Of a stretch of 64,000 nucleotides of DNA, positions 27,471-37,458 are shown piece after piece (within the stretch, counting starts at the first letter, position 1; each line of letters begins with the position of its first letter). The translations under genes were made by a program, and so were the position numbers. The stretch lies in assembly GCA_001875345.1 (NCBI GenBank), contig MIZA01000021.1, positions 6,222 through 70,221 on the forward strand, in the 5' to 3' direction. Origin of the DNA: Marine Group III euryarchaeote CG-Epi1 (lineage in GTDB: Archaea; Thermoplasmatota; Poseidoniia; MGIII; CG-Epi1). Below the pieces are notes generated by a model, which saw nothing but the letters and a program-made list of their open reading frames with translations, did not search any database and was not told where the DNA came from.

Positions 27471-27479
27471 GGAAAAAAT

Positions 27480-28526
27480 ATGAGCGGAATCGTAAGTTAT
27501 GGAGCGTATATACCTAGTCACAAAATAGAGACTGGAGAAATTGCATCTGTTTGGGGTGCGGACGGTAGTGCATGGGCTAAAAATTTGAATGTATATTCAA
27601 AATCAGTTCCTGGCCCTGATGAAGACGTTATCACTATTGCAGTAGAAGCTACAAGATTAGCTATGAAAAGAGCTAAACTAGGTGGAACAAATATTGGAGC
27701 TATATACACGGGATCTGAATCTCATCCCTATGCCGTAAAGCCAACATCAACAATCGTTGCCGAAGCCATTGGCGCAACTCCAAACCTTACTGCTGCTGAT
27801 TTTGAGTTTGCTTGTAAAGCAGGAACTGCAGCAATACAAACTTGTCTAGGAATTGTAGGAAATAATCAAGTCGAAAACGGTATAGCTATAGGAGTTGACA
27901 CATCGCAAGGCGCTCCTGGTGACGCTCTAGAGTATAGTGCTTCAGCTGGTGGTGGAACTGTAATTATAGGTAACAAAAATGTCATTGCGACAATCAACCA
28001 CACTACTTCTTACACTACAGATACGCCTGATTTCTGGAGAAGAGAAGGACAAAAATATCCAAGACACGGCGGTAGATTCACAGGTAAACCTGCTTTCTTC
28101 AAACATGTTATGATGTGTGGAAAAATGATTATGGACATGGCTGGAAGCAAACCTGAAGATTATGACTATGTTGTTACTCATCAGCCAAATGGAAAATTCC
28201 CTATTCGTGCAGCAAAAAGTTTAGGATTTAATGAAGAGCAATACAAGACTGGATTGTTAACGCCAAGAATTGGGAATACTTATTCTGGTGCAGTTTTCCT
28301 CGGTCTAGCAGCTATTTTAGATATAGCTAAGCCAGGAGATAGGATTCTTGCAGTTGCCTATGGTTCTGGAGCTGGAAGTGATGGATTTGATTTAACAGTT
28401 ACGGACGAAATTGCAAAAATGGATCGCAGTGAAACCGTAGAAGATATGATTTCAAGAATGGAAATAATTAATTACGCTACATATGCCAAGTACCGTGGAA
28501 AACTAAACATGGGGGATTCAAAATGA
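27480..28526 (+). CDS. Hydroxymethylglutaryl-CoA synthase, archaeal short form
   Basis: The 348 aa product has a thiolase-fold condensing-enzyme core with the catalytic Cys context FEFACKAGT. The stop overlaps the thiolase start (ATGA). Confidence 0.85.
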   Translation: MSGIVSYGAYIPSHKIETGEIASVWGADGSAWAKNLNVYSKSVPGPDEDVITIAVEATRLAMKRAKLGGTNIGAIYTGSESHPYAVKPTSTIVAEAIGATPNLTAADFEFACKAGTAAIQTCLGIVGNNQVENGIAIGVDTSQGAPGDALEYSASAGGGTVIIGNKNVIATINHTTSYTTDTPDFWRREGQKYPRHGGRFTGKPAFFKHVMMCGKMIMDMAGSKPEDYDYVVTHQPNGKFPIRAAKSLGFNEEQYKTGLLTPRIGNTYSGAVFLGLAAILDIAKPGDRILAVAYGSGAGSDGFDLTVTDEIAKMDRSETVEDMISRMEIINYATYAKYRGKLNMGDSK

Positions 28527-29689
28527 GGGATGTAAGTATTATTGGAGTTGGAATTACTAAATTTGGAGAACTCTGGGACAAATCACTAAGAGAATTAGGT
28601 CTAGAAACTGGACTTGCTGCAATAAATGATGCTGGAATAACTAGTAATGATATTGATGCTTTGTATATTGGAAATATGGCGGCAGGATCTACACTTCAAC
28701 AAGAACATGTAAGTGCATTAATTGCAGATTATTGCGGATTAGCTAATCAAAACATACCTGCTACGAGAGTCGAAGCTGCCTCTGCATCCGGAGGTCTGGC
28801 TATCAGGCAAGCTTACATGGCAATTGCAGGAGGATTTATTGATGTAGCAGTTGTTGGTGGAGCTGAAAAGATGACTGATGTGAGTGATTCTGAATCTTCA
28901 TACACTGTTAGCATGGGTTCGGATGAACAATGGGAAGCTAAAGCGGGAGCAACATTCACTTCACTTCATGCAATTATAGCTCAAAATCATATGCTTGAGT
29001 ATGGTACTACTAGAGAGCAGTTATCTTCTGTAGCTGCAAAAAATCATTATCACGCTTCACTGAATCCAATGGCTCAATTTCCTTTTGCACTAGATCCTGC
29101 AGCTGTAAGTAAATCAGGAATGGTATCAACTCCTTTGAGGATGTTAGATTGTGCACCTAATAGTGATGGAGCTGCTGCTGTTGTACTGTGTGCTTCTGAC
29201 AAGGCAAAAAAATTCACTGATAAGCCAATAAAAATAATTGGATCTGGTCAAGCATCAGATACATTGAGCTTACATCATCGGAAATATTTACATAGACTTC
29301 CTGCGATAAATATTGCAGCCAAAAAAGCATTTGAAGATTCTAATAAGAAGCCTGAAGACTTGGATCTCATTGAAGTTCACGATAATTTTACCATTTCTGA
29401 AATCATAGCACTCGAGGAAATTGGAATATTCAAACGTGGTGAAGCTGCTCAGAAGAGTCTTGAAGGTGAAACTAAATTAGGTGGAATCATACCTACAAAC
29501 ACGAGCGGAGGTTTGAAAGCGAGAGGTCATGCCCCTGGTGCTACCGGAATCGCTCAAATTATAGAACTTGTTAAACAATTGCGGGGCGAAGCTGGAGATC
29601 GTCAAGTCAAGAACGCTAAGTTAGCTTTGGCCGAAAATCATGGTGGTACTGCTGCTACAGCTGTCGTTCACATTTTGGAGGCTGAATAA
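28523..29689 (+). CDS. Acetyl-CoA C-acetyltransferase (thiolase)
   Basis: The 388 aa thiolase fold has the C-terminal NTSGGLKARGHAPGATG and ENHGGTAA motifs. It is coupled to the HMGCS and DUF35 genes. Confidence 0.85.
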   Translation: MRDVSIIGVGITKFGELWDKSLRELGLETGLAAINDAGITSNDIDALYIGNMAAGSTLQQEHVSALIADYCGLANQNIPATRVEAASASGGLAIRQAYMAIAGGFIDVAVVGGAEKMTDVSDSESSYTVSMGSDEQWEAKAGATFTSLHAIIAQNHMLEYGTTREQLSSVAAKNHYHASLNPMAQFPFALDPAAVSKSGMVSTPLRMLDCAPNSDGAAAVVLCASDKAKKFTDKPIKIIGSGQASDTLSLHHRKYLHRLPAINIAAKKAFEDSNKKPEDLDLIEVHDNFTISEIIALEEIGIFKRGEAAQKSLEGETKLGGIIPTNTSGGLKARGHAPGATGIAQIIELVKQLRGEAGDRQVKNAKLALAENHGGTAATAVVHILEAE

Positions 29690-30141
29690 TGTCTGTACCA
29701 AGATTTTGGAGAGAGTTAGATACTAGATATAATTTAATTGGTTCATACTGTAAGATAACTGATACCTACCATTATCCACGAAGAAGTTTTAATCCTGAGG
29801 CTGGAAGAGAATCCATCGGAAGTATGGAAGACTATCAATTCAAAGGAACTGGTACTGTAGTAACTCCTACTGTAGTTCACCAAGCACAAACAGGATATGA
29901 AATGTTTGGACCTTACTGTATGGCAATTATTGAACTTGATGAAGGTCCAAGAATAACATCACAAATAGTCGATTGCAGACCTGATACCGTAAAATCTGGA
30001 ATGAGAGTAAAATCTGTATTTAGAAAATTGGGTGAAGATAGTGAAAGTGGAATACTTCACTACGGTACGAAATTCATTTTGTTTGGAAACGATTCAGACG
30101 ATGAGTTAGATGAAGACAATATTGACAATGTAGAACTTTAG
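29689..30141 (+). CDS. DUF35 OB-fold scaffold protein of the archaeal thiolase/HMG-CoA synthase complex
   Basis: The 150 aa product's start overlaps the thiolase stop (taATG). Its size, position and OB-fold-like core (GPYCMAIIELDEGPRITSQI) match the DUF35 partner described for archaeal thiolase-HMGCS complexes. Confidence 0.7.
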   Translation: MSVPRFWRELDTRYNLIGSYCKITDTYHYPRRSFNPEAGRESIGSMEDYQFKGTGTVVTPTVVHQAQTGYEMFGPYCMAIIELDEGPRITSQIVDCRPDTVKSGMRVKSVFRKLGEDSESGILHYGTKFILFGNDSDDELDEDNIDNVEL

Positions 30142-30148
30142 CTAGAAA

Positions 30149-30158
30149 CTTATATATC
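30149..30158 (+). promoter_or_regulatory. Candidate TATA box (cttatatatc) for lonB
   Basis: The element lies about 30 nt upstream of the ATG. Confidence 0.3.
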
Positions 30159-30183
30159 TACTAGTGACGAGTAACAAATCCGA

Positions 30184-32139
30184 ATGCCTGAGAAAAATAG
30201 TGAATTAAAAGACCCTAGAGAATGGGTAAAAGACTTGGATATAGAGTCTACGGAAGACATTGCAGTTCCTAAAATGCTTGTCGACCAAGTGATAGGCCAA
30301 GAGCAAGGTGTTGAAATCGTTAGAAAAGCTTCTGAACAGAAAAGACATGTAATGCTAATTGGAGATCCAGGAACTGGAAAGTCAATGCTTGCAAAGTCAA
30401 TGTCTGAATTACTTCCGAAAGAGGAACTACAAGATGTCTTAGTGTACCATAACCACGAGGACAACAATGAACCAAGAGTAAGAGTCGTACCTTCTGGTAA
30501 GGGTAAAGAAATTGTACAGGTTCAAAAAGCTCAAGCTATGATAGAAAAAGAAAAGAAGGCTAAATCTCAAATGTTAATTGTTTTTACCGTAGTAGGGTTT
30601 GGTATTTTGTGGTTTATTACCACAGGTTTTAGTAATCCTATGATTATTTTTTACAGTTTAATTGCTGCTGCTTTCATATTCATGGCAATGCGATACACCA
30701 ATCAACGTAATGATACTGCAAATGTTCCAAAGGGATTGGTATTGCACAAATATGAAGCTGAAGCTGCATTCATAGATGCTACAGGAGCTCATGCAGGAGC
30801 CTTGTTGGGAGACGTAAGACACGATCCTTTCCAATCTGGAGGGCTAGAGACTCCCGCTCATGACAGAGTAGAAGCTGGTGCAATACACAAAGCACACAGA
30901 GGTGTCTTGTACATAGATGAAATTAATTTGCTGAGAATGGAATCACAACAAGCGCTCCTAACTGCCATACAGGAAGGAGAGTTTTCAATCTCCGGACAAT
31001 CTGAAAGATCTGCCGGAGCTATGACAAAAACTGAACCCGTACCTTGTGACTTCGTTTTAGTTGCTGCAGGAAATTTAGATGCTATTCAAGGAATGCACCC
31101 TGCCCTTAGAAGTAGAATCCGAGGATATGGTTACGAAGTTTACATGAATTCAACTATTCCTGATTCGCAAGAGAATAGAGAAAAATTAGTACGTTTCATA
31201 GCCCAAGAAGTAGCTAAAGATGAAAAGATTGGACATTTTTCAAAGGGAGCAATTGGAGAAGTTATACACGAAGCTCAGAGAAGAGCTGGAAGACAAAATC
31301 ACTTAAGCTTGAGACTAAGGGAATTAGGAGGCCTAGTAAGAGTAGCTGGAGATGTTTCAATAGAGCTAGGAGAAGATACTGTTACAGCCGAACATGTAAT
31401 GACTGCAAAAACCATTGCTAAGCCTTTAGAGCAACAAATTGCCGACAGATATGTAGAAAGAAGAAAAGACTACAAAACTTATTCAGTTAAAGGGTCAGAA
31501 ATTGGAATGGTCAATGGATTAGCAGTAATGGGAGCTAATTCTGGAATGGCTGAAATGGCTGGAATTTTAATGCCAATTGTGGCTGAAGTTACTCCTGCTC
31601 AATACAAAAATCACGGTAGAGTTATTGCTACCGGAAAATTAGGTGAAATTGCAAAAGAGGCCGTGGAAAATGTTTCAGCCTTAATAAAAAAGTACACCGG
31701 AGAAGATATCTCCAAGTATGATATACACGTTCAATTTGTTGGGGCATATGAAGGGGTAGAAGGTGATTCTGCATCTGTATCTATTGCAACTGCAGTAATA
31801 TCTGCTCTTGAGAACGCAGAAATTGATCAAACTGTAGCTTTAACTGGTTCATTAAGCGTTAGGGGGCAAGTATTGCCTGTTGGAGGCGTAACAGCTAAAA
31901 TCGAAGCTGCGGCTGAGTCTGGAGTTACGAAAGTACTGATTCCTTCTATGAATGCCCAAGACGTTTTACTAGATTCAAAATACAAAGATATTATCGAAGT
32001 AATACCAGTTTCAACACTCAAGGAAGTCTTGGATAATATTCTAACTGCCAGTCCAAGTAAGGAAGGATTATTGGATAATTTAACTAAATTTATTCCAAGC
32101 TCACAATTCTCAAATGAAGTAAAGAAGCCATCCGTTTAG
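30184..32139 (+). CDS. lonB: Archaeal membrane-bound Lon protease (LonB)
   Basis: The AAA+ module (GDPGTGKS Walker [10 protein letters not shown] Walker B) is interrupted by two TM helices ([14 protein letters not shown] ... [16 protein letters not shown]). The C-terminal Lon protease domain has the Ser-Lys dyad context. Confidence 0.9.
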   Translation: MPEKNSELKDPREWVKDLDIESTEDIAVPKMLVDQVIGQEQGVEIVRKASEQKRHVMLIGDPGTGKSMLAKSMSELLPKEELQDVLVYHNHEDNNEPRVRVVPSGKGKEIVQVQKAQAMIEKEKKAKSQMLIVFTVVGFGILWFITTGFSNPMIIFYSLIAAAFIFMAMRYTNQRNDTANVPKGLVLHKYEAEAAFIDATGAHAGALLGDVRHDPFQSGGLETPAHDRVEAGAIHKAHRGVLYIDEINLLRMESQQALLTAIQEGEFSISGQSERSAGAMTKTEPVPCDFVLVAAGNLDAIQGMHPALRSRIRGYGYEVYMNSTIPDSQENREKLVRFIAQEVAKDEKIGHFSKGAIGEVIHEAQRRAGRQNHLSLRLRELGGLVRVAGDVSIELGEDTVTAEHVMTAKTIAKPLEQQIADRYVERRKDYKTYSVKGSEIGMVNGLAVMGANSGMAEMAGILMPIVAEVTPAQYKNHGRVIATGKLGEIAKEAVENVSALIKKYTGEDISKYDIHVQFVGAYEGVEGDSASVSIATAVISALENAEIDQTVALTGSLSVRGQVLPVGGVTAKIEAAAESGVTKVLIPSMNAQDVLLDSKYKDIIEVIPVSTLKEVLDNILTASPSKEGLLDNLTKFIPSSQFSNEVKKPSV

Positions 32140-32951
32140 AAAATTAATATTTTACCATATTTTTCTAGGCATGCAGATAGCTCATCAACATTATCTGAAA
32201 CTGCAACAATTGAGGTACCTAAATGTGCAATTGATGAAACTGCTCCCAGTGGTATTTCATCTAGAATCTCAGCAAGGTTTTCGTTAATTAACCCTGATTT
32301 TTCAGTAAAAATACGTCCTGCTTTTATAACTGAACGAATATCATATTCTGTATTATTCAAATTTGAAGATACCGCATTAATAATCTCTGACCATTCAGGA
32401 TTAGATATAATATCCGAAGTATTACGACCTAGGCCTGAAACGCAAACAACCAATTTAGAATCTACTGCATATGTGTCAGTTTCTCCATTAGACCCTGGCG
32501 TCATTCTTTCAACAACTAATGGAAAATCTCCTTTATCAAGTGCAGATGAAATCGCAACTACATCGCCCAATCCTGTTTTGTATTCTATTTCAGCTTGATG
32601 AGATGCTACAGTACAATTCTTTAGATTTTTATCTAGCTCAAGGCAAGCTGCTAAAGCTGACGCTCCTGAAATTCCAAAACCCGCGCCTATTGGCAAATCT
32701 CTTCTCAAATATACAGACAATCCTTTGTTACCATATCCCAATAACTCTATAGCTCTAAGAACAACTGGATCCTCTACTATCTTATTTTCAATAATAATGG
32801 TATTTCTTTCACCTTCATTATTATCATCCACTATGGAGCAATAAACACCTTTAGGTAAAACAATTCCTAATCCCGTAGAACCCATCTTCAATGGATCTAC
32901 GTGGTTATGTATTGCAAAAGTTAAACTAATATGGCCCGGCGCAAAACTCAT
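32136..32951 (-). CDS. GHMP kinase family protein (short archaeal type; pantoate kinase or archaeal shikimate kinase are the size-matched candidates)
   Basis: The 271 aa product has the GHMP ATP-binding motif [15 protein letters not shown]. The N-terminal [10 protein letters not shown] is reminiscent of archaeal pantoate kinases. The gene is convergent with lonB, overlapping by 4 nt. Confidence 0.55.
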   Translation of the reverse strand: MSFAPGHISLTFAIHNHVDPLKMGSTGLGIVLPKGVYCSIVDDNNEGERNTIIIENKIVEDPVVLRAIELLGYGNKGLSVYLRRDLPIGAGFGISGASALAACLELDKNLKNCTVASHQAEIEYKTGLGDVVAISSALDKGDFPLVVERMTPGSNGETDTYAVDSKLVVCVSGLGRNTSDIISNPEWSEIINAVSSNLNNTEYDIRSVIKAGRIFTEKSGLINENLAEILDEIPLGAVSSIAHLGTSIVAVSDNVDELSACLEKYGKILIF

Positions 32952-34060
32952 ATTACATTTTTGTACAAATCAATTGTTTCATCAATTGTATTTTCCCAAG
33001 TCCTCCTTTGAGTAGCGTAATCATAAGCCGATTTAGATATTGAGTATAATTTTTCTTCATTGTTTATTAATTTTGAAACTAATTGTGATAATTTACCTGG
33101 TTTAGCTAAAAAAGCATTACCTTGAGTAGCCTCTCTTACAGAGGGGAGATCTGTGGCAAAGACGGGGAGATTACAACCCATGTACTCATATATTTTTAAT
33201 GGAGAAAAACCATAATCCAAATTAGGATAAGGTGCAAGGCCAATATCGGCTTCAACAAGTAATCGAGGAACTTCTTCCCTACTCAATCGCCCAATATGAT
33301 GTAGATTGTCTAGTAACGGAAGGTTTTTCCCATATCCGCCTCCAGCTACAACAACACTTAGGGAAGGATTATCTTTTGCAATAGATATTATTTCATCGAT
33401 TCCATGCCAAGGGCCCAAAGCACCCACGAATACTGCCAATTTACCCTTAATTCCAAGTTTATCTTTAATACCTAGCGGTTTGGAATTTGGGACAAATAAA
33501 TCAGCTTCATATCCGTTCTGAATAACTGCAAAATCTCGCGCTTTAGAATTCCACTTTGTTATTTGCTCTCTTAAAATTGCACTAACCGTAAAGCCGCCAT
33601 TTGCTTTCTCAATTTGATTGTAACAAGACTCAATAGCTTTCTTGTTGTAAAGCCAATACTTGGCAAATTTTGTTGCTGATCTTTCAGATCTAATCCAATT
33701 ATCATCTACTTGTAATATAGATTTAACTCCACATTCATTGGCAGCCCTAACGCCCGAGCCTGCAAAAATATATCCTCTATCATGAACTAAATCGTAATCG
33801 TTGTTTTTCAATTCTTTTACTGCTGACTTATAGGAGTTATAAGTAAATATTAATCTTTCAAATGGAATTTTCGGATCATTAATCGATAAAAATTTTAGGT
33901 TAGAATCAAACTCTTTGTTTAATTGATTAGAATCATAACGGCAAAGTAAAGTAATCTGAATTCCTCTCTTAGCCAGACCATTGGCCAATGCTAATTGATG
34001 CAATGTTTGGCCAAGCGTATCTGGAACCCTAACTGAAGGAGCTACCATCAGAACTTTCAT
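32948..34060 (-). CDS. Glycosyltransferase family 4 (GT-B fold)
   Basis: The 370 aa product has a C-terminal retaining-GT4 signature region (EADIGLAPY ... KIYEYMGCNLPVFATD). Confidence 0.7.
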   Translation of the reverse strand: MKVLMVAPSVRVPDTLGQTLHQLALANGLAKRGIQITLLCRYDSNQLNKEFDSNLKFLSINDPKIPFERLIFTYNSYKSAVKELKNNDYDLVHDRGYIFAGSGVRAANECGVKSILQVDDNWIRSERSATKFAKYWLYNKKAIESCYNQIEKANGGFTVSAILREQITKWNSKARDFAVIQNGYEADLFVPNSKPLGIKDKLGIKGKLAVFVGALGPWHGIDEIISIAKDNPSLSVVVAGGGYGKNLPLLDNLHHIGRLSREEVPRLLVEADIGLAPYPNLDYGFSPLKIYEYMGCNLPVFATDLPSVREATQGNAFLAKPGKLSQLVSKLINNEEKLYSISKSAYDYATQRRTWENTIDETIDLYKNVI

Positions 34061-34106
34061 AAATATCCATAATAGACAGGTTTTAGAACTACCGCCATGG
34101 GCTATT

Positions 34107-35198
34107 GTGGCAAATGTATGTGTAATTTGTGATAGGGAATTCTTTAGCCCATTTGATCAAAGAGTCTACAAAGAAGTCAAAACCATGGTTAAAATGGGAC
34201 ATAATGTAGAAATTATTACTCCGCATAAAAGTACTAAACAAAAAAAGATTGATAATATTATTGTACATTGTATTGATAAAAAGGCTCCATTTGGTTTTAC
34301 AGGTATAAAAATAATAAAAAAAGCCCTCCAGAAAAAATATGACTTATTTTACTGCCATGAATTTGATCCACTGATTTATGGCTGGATGCTTAAAAAAATT
34401 ACAAAAAAACCTGTAGTATGGGACTGTCATGAATATTTAGTTCCTATGAAAAGGGAATTGCAAGGTAAACTATCTGCCCTATTGGCTAAGAATATTATTA
34501 AATTTGCAGCCCCAAAAATAGATCATATTATAACTGTTGACAATATCCTTGGAAGGCAACTCCAAGAATACAACTCTGTAACTGTAATTCCTAACTATCC
34601 AACGATTTCAGACTTTCCATTGCTTGAAAACAAAACTAAAAATAAAATACCAAATATAATCTACGTAGGAAGCTTAACTGAAGAGAGAGGGCTTAAAAAA
34701 ATGATTAAAGCTTACAAGATTGTAAGAGAAAATTTTGAAGCCGAATTAACTATAATCGGAGGTTTTTACGATACCAGCTTAGAACAATGGGCCAAAAATT
34801 ACGACTCAAAATATAAGTTAATGATAAATTGGAAAGGCTGGATTAACTATACTGAACTAGCTCCACACTTTTCTGAAGCTGATATAGGGCTATGTATATT
34901 ACAAGACTCTGAAAGGTATATGAAAGCCATTGCTACAAAAGTTTACGAATACATAATAATGGGATTACCAGTAGTAACTTCCAAAGGCCATATGTCGGAT
35001 AGATTAGTTAAAAAAGAAAAATACGGAATCTCCGTTGACTCATCTGATGAAAATGCAATTGCCGACGGAATTCTAACTTTGCTGAACCAAAACACAATTA
35101 AAGGAATGAATAAAGAGAATATTCAATCTTCGAGAAGTAAGTATGTGTGGGAAAGAAGGGAAGAAAAAATAAACAAAGTAATTAAAAAGTTAGTATAA
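34107..35198 (+). CDS. Glycosyltransferase family 4 (GT-B fold)
   Basis: The 363 aa product uses a GTG start. It has EADIGLCILQDSERYMKAIATKVYEYIIMGLPVVT, the GT4 E-x7-E-like region. It is divergent from the neighbouring GT4 with only about 46 bp between the starts. Confidence 0.65.
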   Translation: MANVCVICDREFFSPFDQRVYKEVKTMVKMGHNVEIITPHKSTKQKKIDNIIVHCIDKKAPFGFTGIKIIKKALQKKYDLFYCHEFDPLIYGWMLKKITKKPVVWDCHEYLVPMKRELQGKLSALLAKNIIKFAAPKIDHIITVDNILGRQLQEYNSVTVIPNYPTISDFPLLENKTKNKIPNIIYVGSLTEERGLKKMIKAYKIVRENFEAELTIIGGFYDTSLEQWAKNYDSKYKLMINWKGWINYTELAPHFSEADIGLCILQDSERYMKAIATKVYEYIIMGLPVVTSKGHMSDRLVKKEKYGISVDSSDENAIADGILTLLNQNTIKGMNKENIQSSRSKYVWERREEKINKVIKKLV

Positions 35199-35267
35199 TA
35201 TTTTATACACGGTGAGACTCATGTTAATTGAGTTATTCACTCATTAATTTGGAGAGCAAGTAAAAAA

Positions 35268-36863
35268 ATGTCTAATTCCCCTGGAAAATATGGAAACGTA
35301 AGAGAGTTTTTGGATAATCTTGGTAATGAGAAAATAAAAATTTGTAAGAATTGTGGAACTGTATTTAGTTACCAAAATGAAACTACAATATTATGCCTGT
35401 CATGTGATTTTGAAGAGGAAGTTAGTACTTTACCTGCTGTCGTTGAAATAGAAGACGAATTTGAGATTGCACAACCTGAGCCAGCTGTTGTTGCTGCGCA
35501 GCCCACTATCTTAGCTGCTGAACCTGTGGTCGCTGAAGTCGATATTGTTGAGAGTAATACTGATTGGGATATGGATTCTTTTGATGATATGGAAGCTGAA
35601 CCTGTTGTGGAAGAAGCTACCGAACTCGAAACTTTAGCTGAAGTGGATGTAGCACCTGCTATTGAGACTGAAACCGTTGTAGAAGAAGCTGTTGAGGCTG
35701 AACCTGTTGTAGAAGAAGCGGTTGAAGCTGAGACCATAAAGGATGCAATAGAGTCAGAAGAAATTGCCGCTACAATCGTAGAAGAAGCTATAGAGAAAGA
35801 AGAAGAAGCCATAATTAATGTTGAAGAAGCAACTGATAATGAAGTGGAAGCCGTCGAGGAGTATTCTGAAGCTGTAAAAGATGAAGAAGATGCAGCTGAA
35901 ATTGTAGCAGAAACTGCGATCATTCAAACTGATGCTGAAGAGGCTATTGTTGAAGCATCTGAAAAAATATCGGATCTAGTAGAATCTGAAGCCCCTGAAG
36001 TTGAAATTAAAGAAGCCCTAAGCGATCTTGAGGAAACTGTTCAAAATAAGAAAGAAGCTGAAGATAAATTATCAGAAGCCATAGGGAAAGAAGAGCGAGC
36101 TGCATTGGTTTTAGAAGAAAAAGTAGATGTAAAAGATGAGGCTGAAGAAAAACTTAATAATGAAATTAAAGAACTAGAAGCTGCTAGCGAAAATTTAGAT
36201 GTAGCTATTACACAAAAAGACCAATCTGAAACTGAATTAGTGCAAGCCGCTAACATAGATGAAAACGTTATTGAAGAAAGTTCAGAACCGTTTACAAAAG
36301 GAGATTACGTCTCTCATGGAGTTTATGGAAATGGTGATGTTTTAACTACAACTAAAGCTGGAAAGCACTGGTCTATTGAAGTAAATTTTGATGAAGGTAA
36401 AAGGAGAATACTAGGAACTTTTCTTACGAAATTAGATAAGCCTGATGTCAAAAATGAAGAAACTAAGTATGAACCTCCAGTTGAAAAGATTGAAGAAGAG
36501 GAAATCAAAACATACGATGAACACTCCGGAATATATCAGCCAGGTACAGAAGTTCTACACGACATATTTGGTAAAGGATTTGTTAGAGAGGCTGAACCAA
36601 AAGGGGAAAATTATAAACTAATTATTAATTTTGAAGACGGTAGTGAAAGAACTCTATTATCAACGTTTATAAAATTATCAGATGAAGCTGAACCTGTTGT
36701 AGAAGAAGCTGTTGAGGCTGAACCTGTTGTAGAAGCGGTTGAGGCCGAACCTGTTGTAGAAAATAATGATATGTTCAAAAGACCTAGTAAAAAAGTAGAA
36801 GATGTTATCGATTTATCCAAACCAGAAATTCAAGATGCTGAAATGGTTGATGATGAAGATTGA
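35268..36863 (+). CDS. Hypothetical protein: N-terminal zinc ribbon, long acidic E/A/V-rich low-complexity region with EAEPVVEEAV repeats, and two copies of a small UvrD-C-terminus-like / DUF3553-like beta domain
   Basis: The zinc ribbon is CKNCGTVF...CLSCDFEEE. About 270 aa of acidic repeat follows. The two small domains are GDYVSHGVYGNGDVLTTTKAGKHWSIEVNFDEGKRRILGTFLTKL and GTEVLHDIFGKGFVREAEPKGENYKLIINFEDGSERTLLSTFIKL. The acidic repeats are mirrored by near-identical 40-nt DNA repeats. Confidence 0.5.
   Translation: MSNSPGKYGNVREFLDNLGNEKIKICKNCGTVFSYQNETTILCLSCDFEEEVSTLPAVVEIEDEFEIAQPEPAVVAAQPTILAAEPVVAEVDIVESNTDWDMDSFDDMEAEPVVEEATELETLAEVDVAPAIETETVVEEAVEAEPVVEEAVEAETIKDAIESEEIAATIVEEAIEKEEEAIINVEEATDNEVEAVEEYSEAVKDEEDAAEIVAETAIIQTDAEEAIVEASEKISDLVESEAPEVEIKEALSDLEETVQNKKEAEDKLSEAIGKEERAALVLEEKVDVKDEAEEKLNNEIKELEAASENLDVAITQKDQSETELVQAANIDENVIEESSEPFTKGDYVSHGVYGNGDVLTTTKAGKHWSIEVNFDEGKRRILGTFLTKLDKPDVKNEETKYEPPVEKIEEEEIKTYDEHSGIYQPGTEVLHDIFGKGFVREAEPKGENYKLIINFEDGSERTLLSTFIKLSDEAEPVVEEAVEAEPVVEAVEAEPVVENNDMFKRPSKKVEDVIDLSKPEIQDAEMVDDED
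35681..35733 (+). repeat. Intragenic direct repeat copy 1 (gttgtagaagaagctgttgaggctgaacctgttgtagaag core)
   Basis: A 40 nt core at this position has an exact second copy inside the same gene about 1 kb downstream. Confidence 0.7.
36684..36760 (+). repeat. Intragenic direct repeat copy 2 (three gaacctgttgtagaag units)
   Basis: See copy 1. The units encode EAEPVVEEAVEAEPVVEAVEAEPVVE. Confidence 0.7.
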
Positions 36864-37354
36864 TGCTTTTTGAATCTAAAAGGCTTAAATTTCGTTTATT
36901 TTCAAAAGAAGACAAAATTGATCTAATAAAAATACTAAATGACGAAGTTGTAACTAAATGGGCTCATCTCCCATTTCCATATACTGAAAAACACGCAGAA
37001 TGGTGGATTAATACAGGTTCGAAGAAAAAATACCATTTTGCCCTAGAAGAAAAAAAGAAGGAACAACTTCTAGGTAGCATAAAGTTGACTAACACAGGCG
37101 AACTTGGCTGCTGGATCGGAAAGGAATATTGGAATCAAGGCTTTGCCACAGAAGCTGTTGAAAAAATTAAAGAATTTGGATTTAAGGAGTTGAAATTAGA
37201 ACGAATTTGGGCCGCTACGCATAAAGATAATTTAGCTCCAGTAAAAGTGCTAAAGATTACTGGATTTACAAGAGTAGAAGATAAGCCATACTATGTCGAA
37301 GGTATTGGCGATACTAAGGTAAGACCACATTTTGAATTACTAAACAGGCCTTAA
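36860..37354 (+). CDS. GNAT family N-acetyltransferase (RimJ/RimL-like)
   Basis: The 164 aa product has the acetyl-CoA binding region GCWIGKEYWNQGFATEAV. Its start overlaps the upstream stop (TGATG). Confidence 0.7.
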   Translation: MMLFESKRLKFRLFSKEDKIDLIKILNDEVVTKWAHLPFPYTEKHAEWWINTGSKKKYHFALEEKKKEQLLGSIKLTNTGELGCWIGKEYWNQGFATEAVEKIKEFGFKELKLERIWAATHKDNLAPVKVLKITGFTRVEDKPYYVEGIGDTKVRPHFELLNRP

Positions 37355-37380
37355 ATCACCCCTCCCTGTGAAATATTTGT

Positions 37381-37456
37381 GGCCCTGTGGGGTAGTTTGG
37401 CATCCTTGTGGCTTTGGGAGCCATAGACCCCGGTTCAAATCCGGGCGGGGCCACCA
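37381..37456 (+). tRNA. tRNA-Pro (anticodon UGG)
   Basis: The 76 nt cloverleaf has acceptor GGCCCTG/CGGGGCC, T arm CCCGG-TTCAAAT-CCGGG, anticodon stem GTGGC/GCCAT and loop TTTGGGA (U33, UGG, G37). CCA is encoded. Confidence 0.8.
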
Positions 37457-37458
37457 CC

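Noticed and set aside
35369-36820. Minus-strand Ser/Ala/Thr-rich ORFs (35369-35923, 36041-36256, 36323-36508, 36611-36820)
   Set aside because: They are antisense shadows of the GAA/GCT-rich acidic repeat region of the zinc-ribbon protein.
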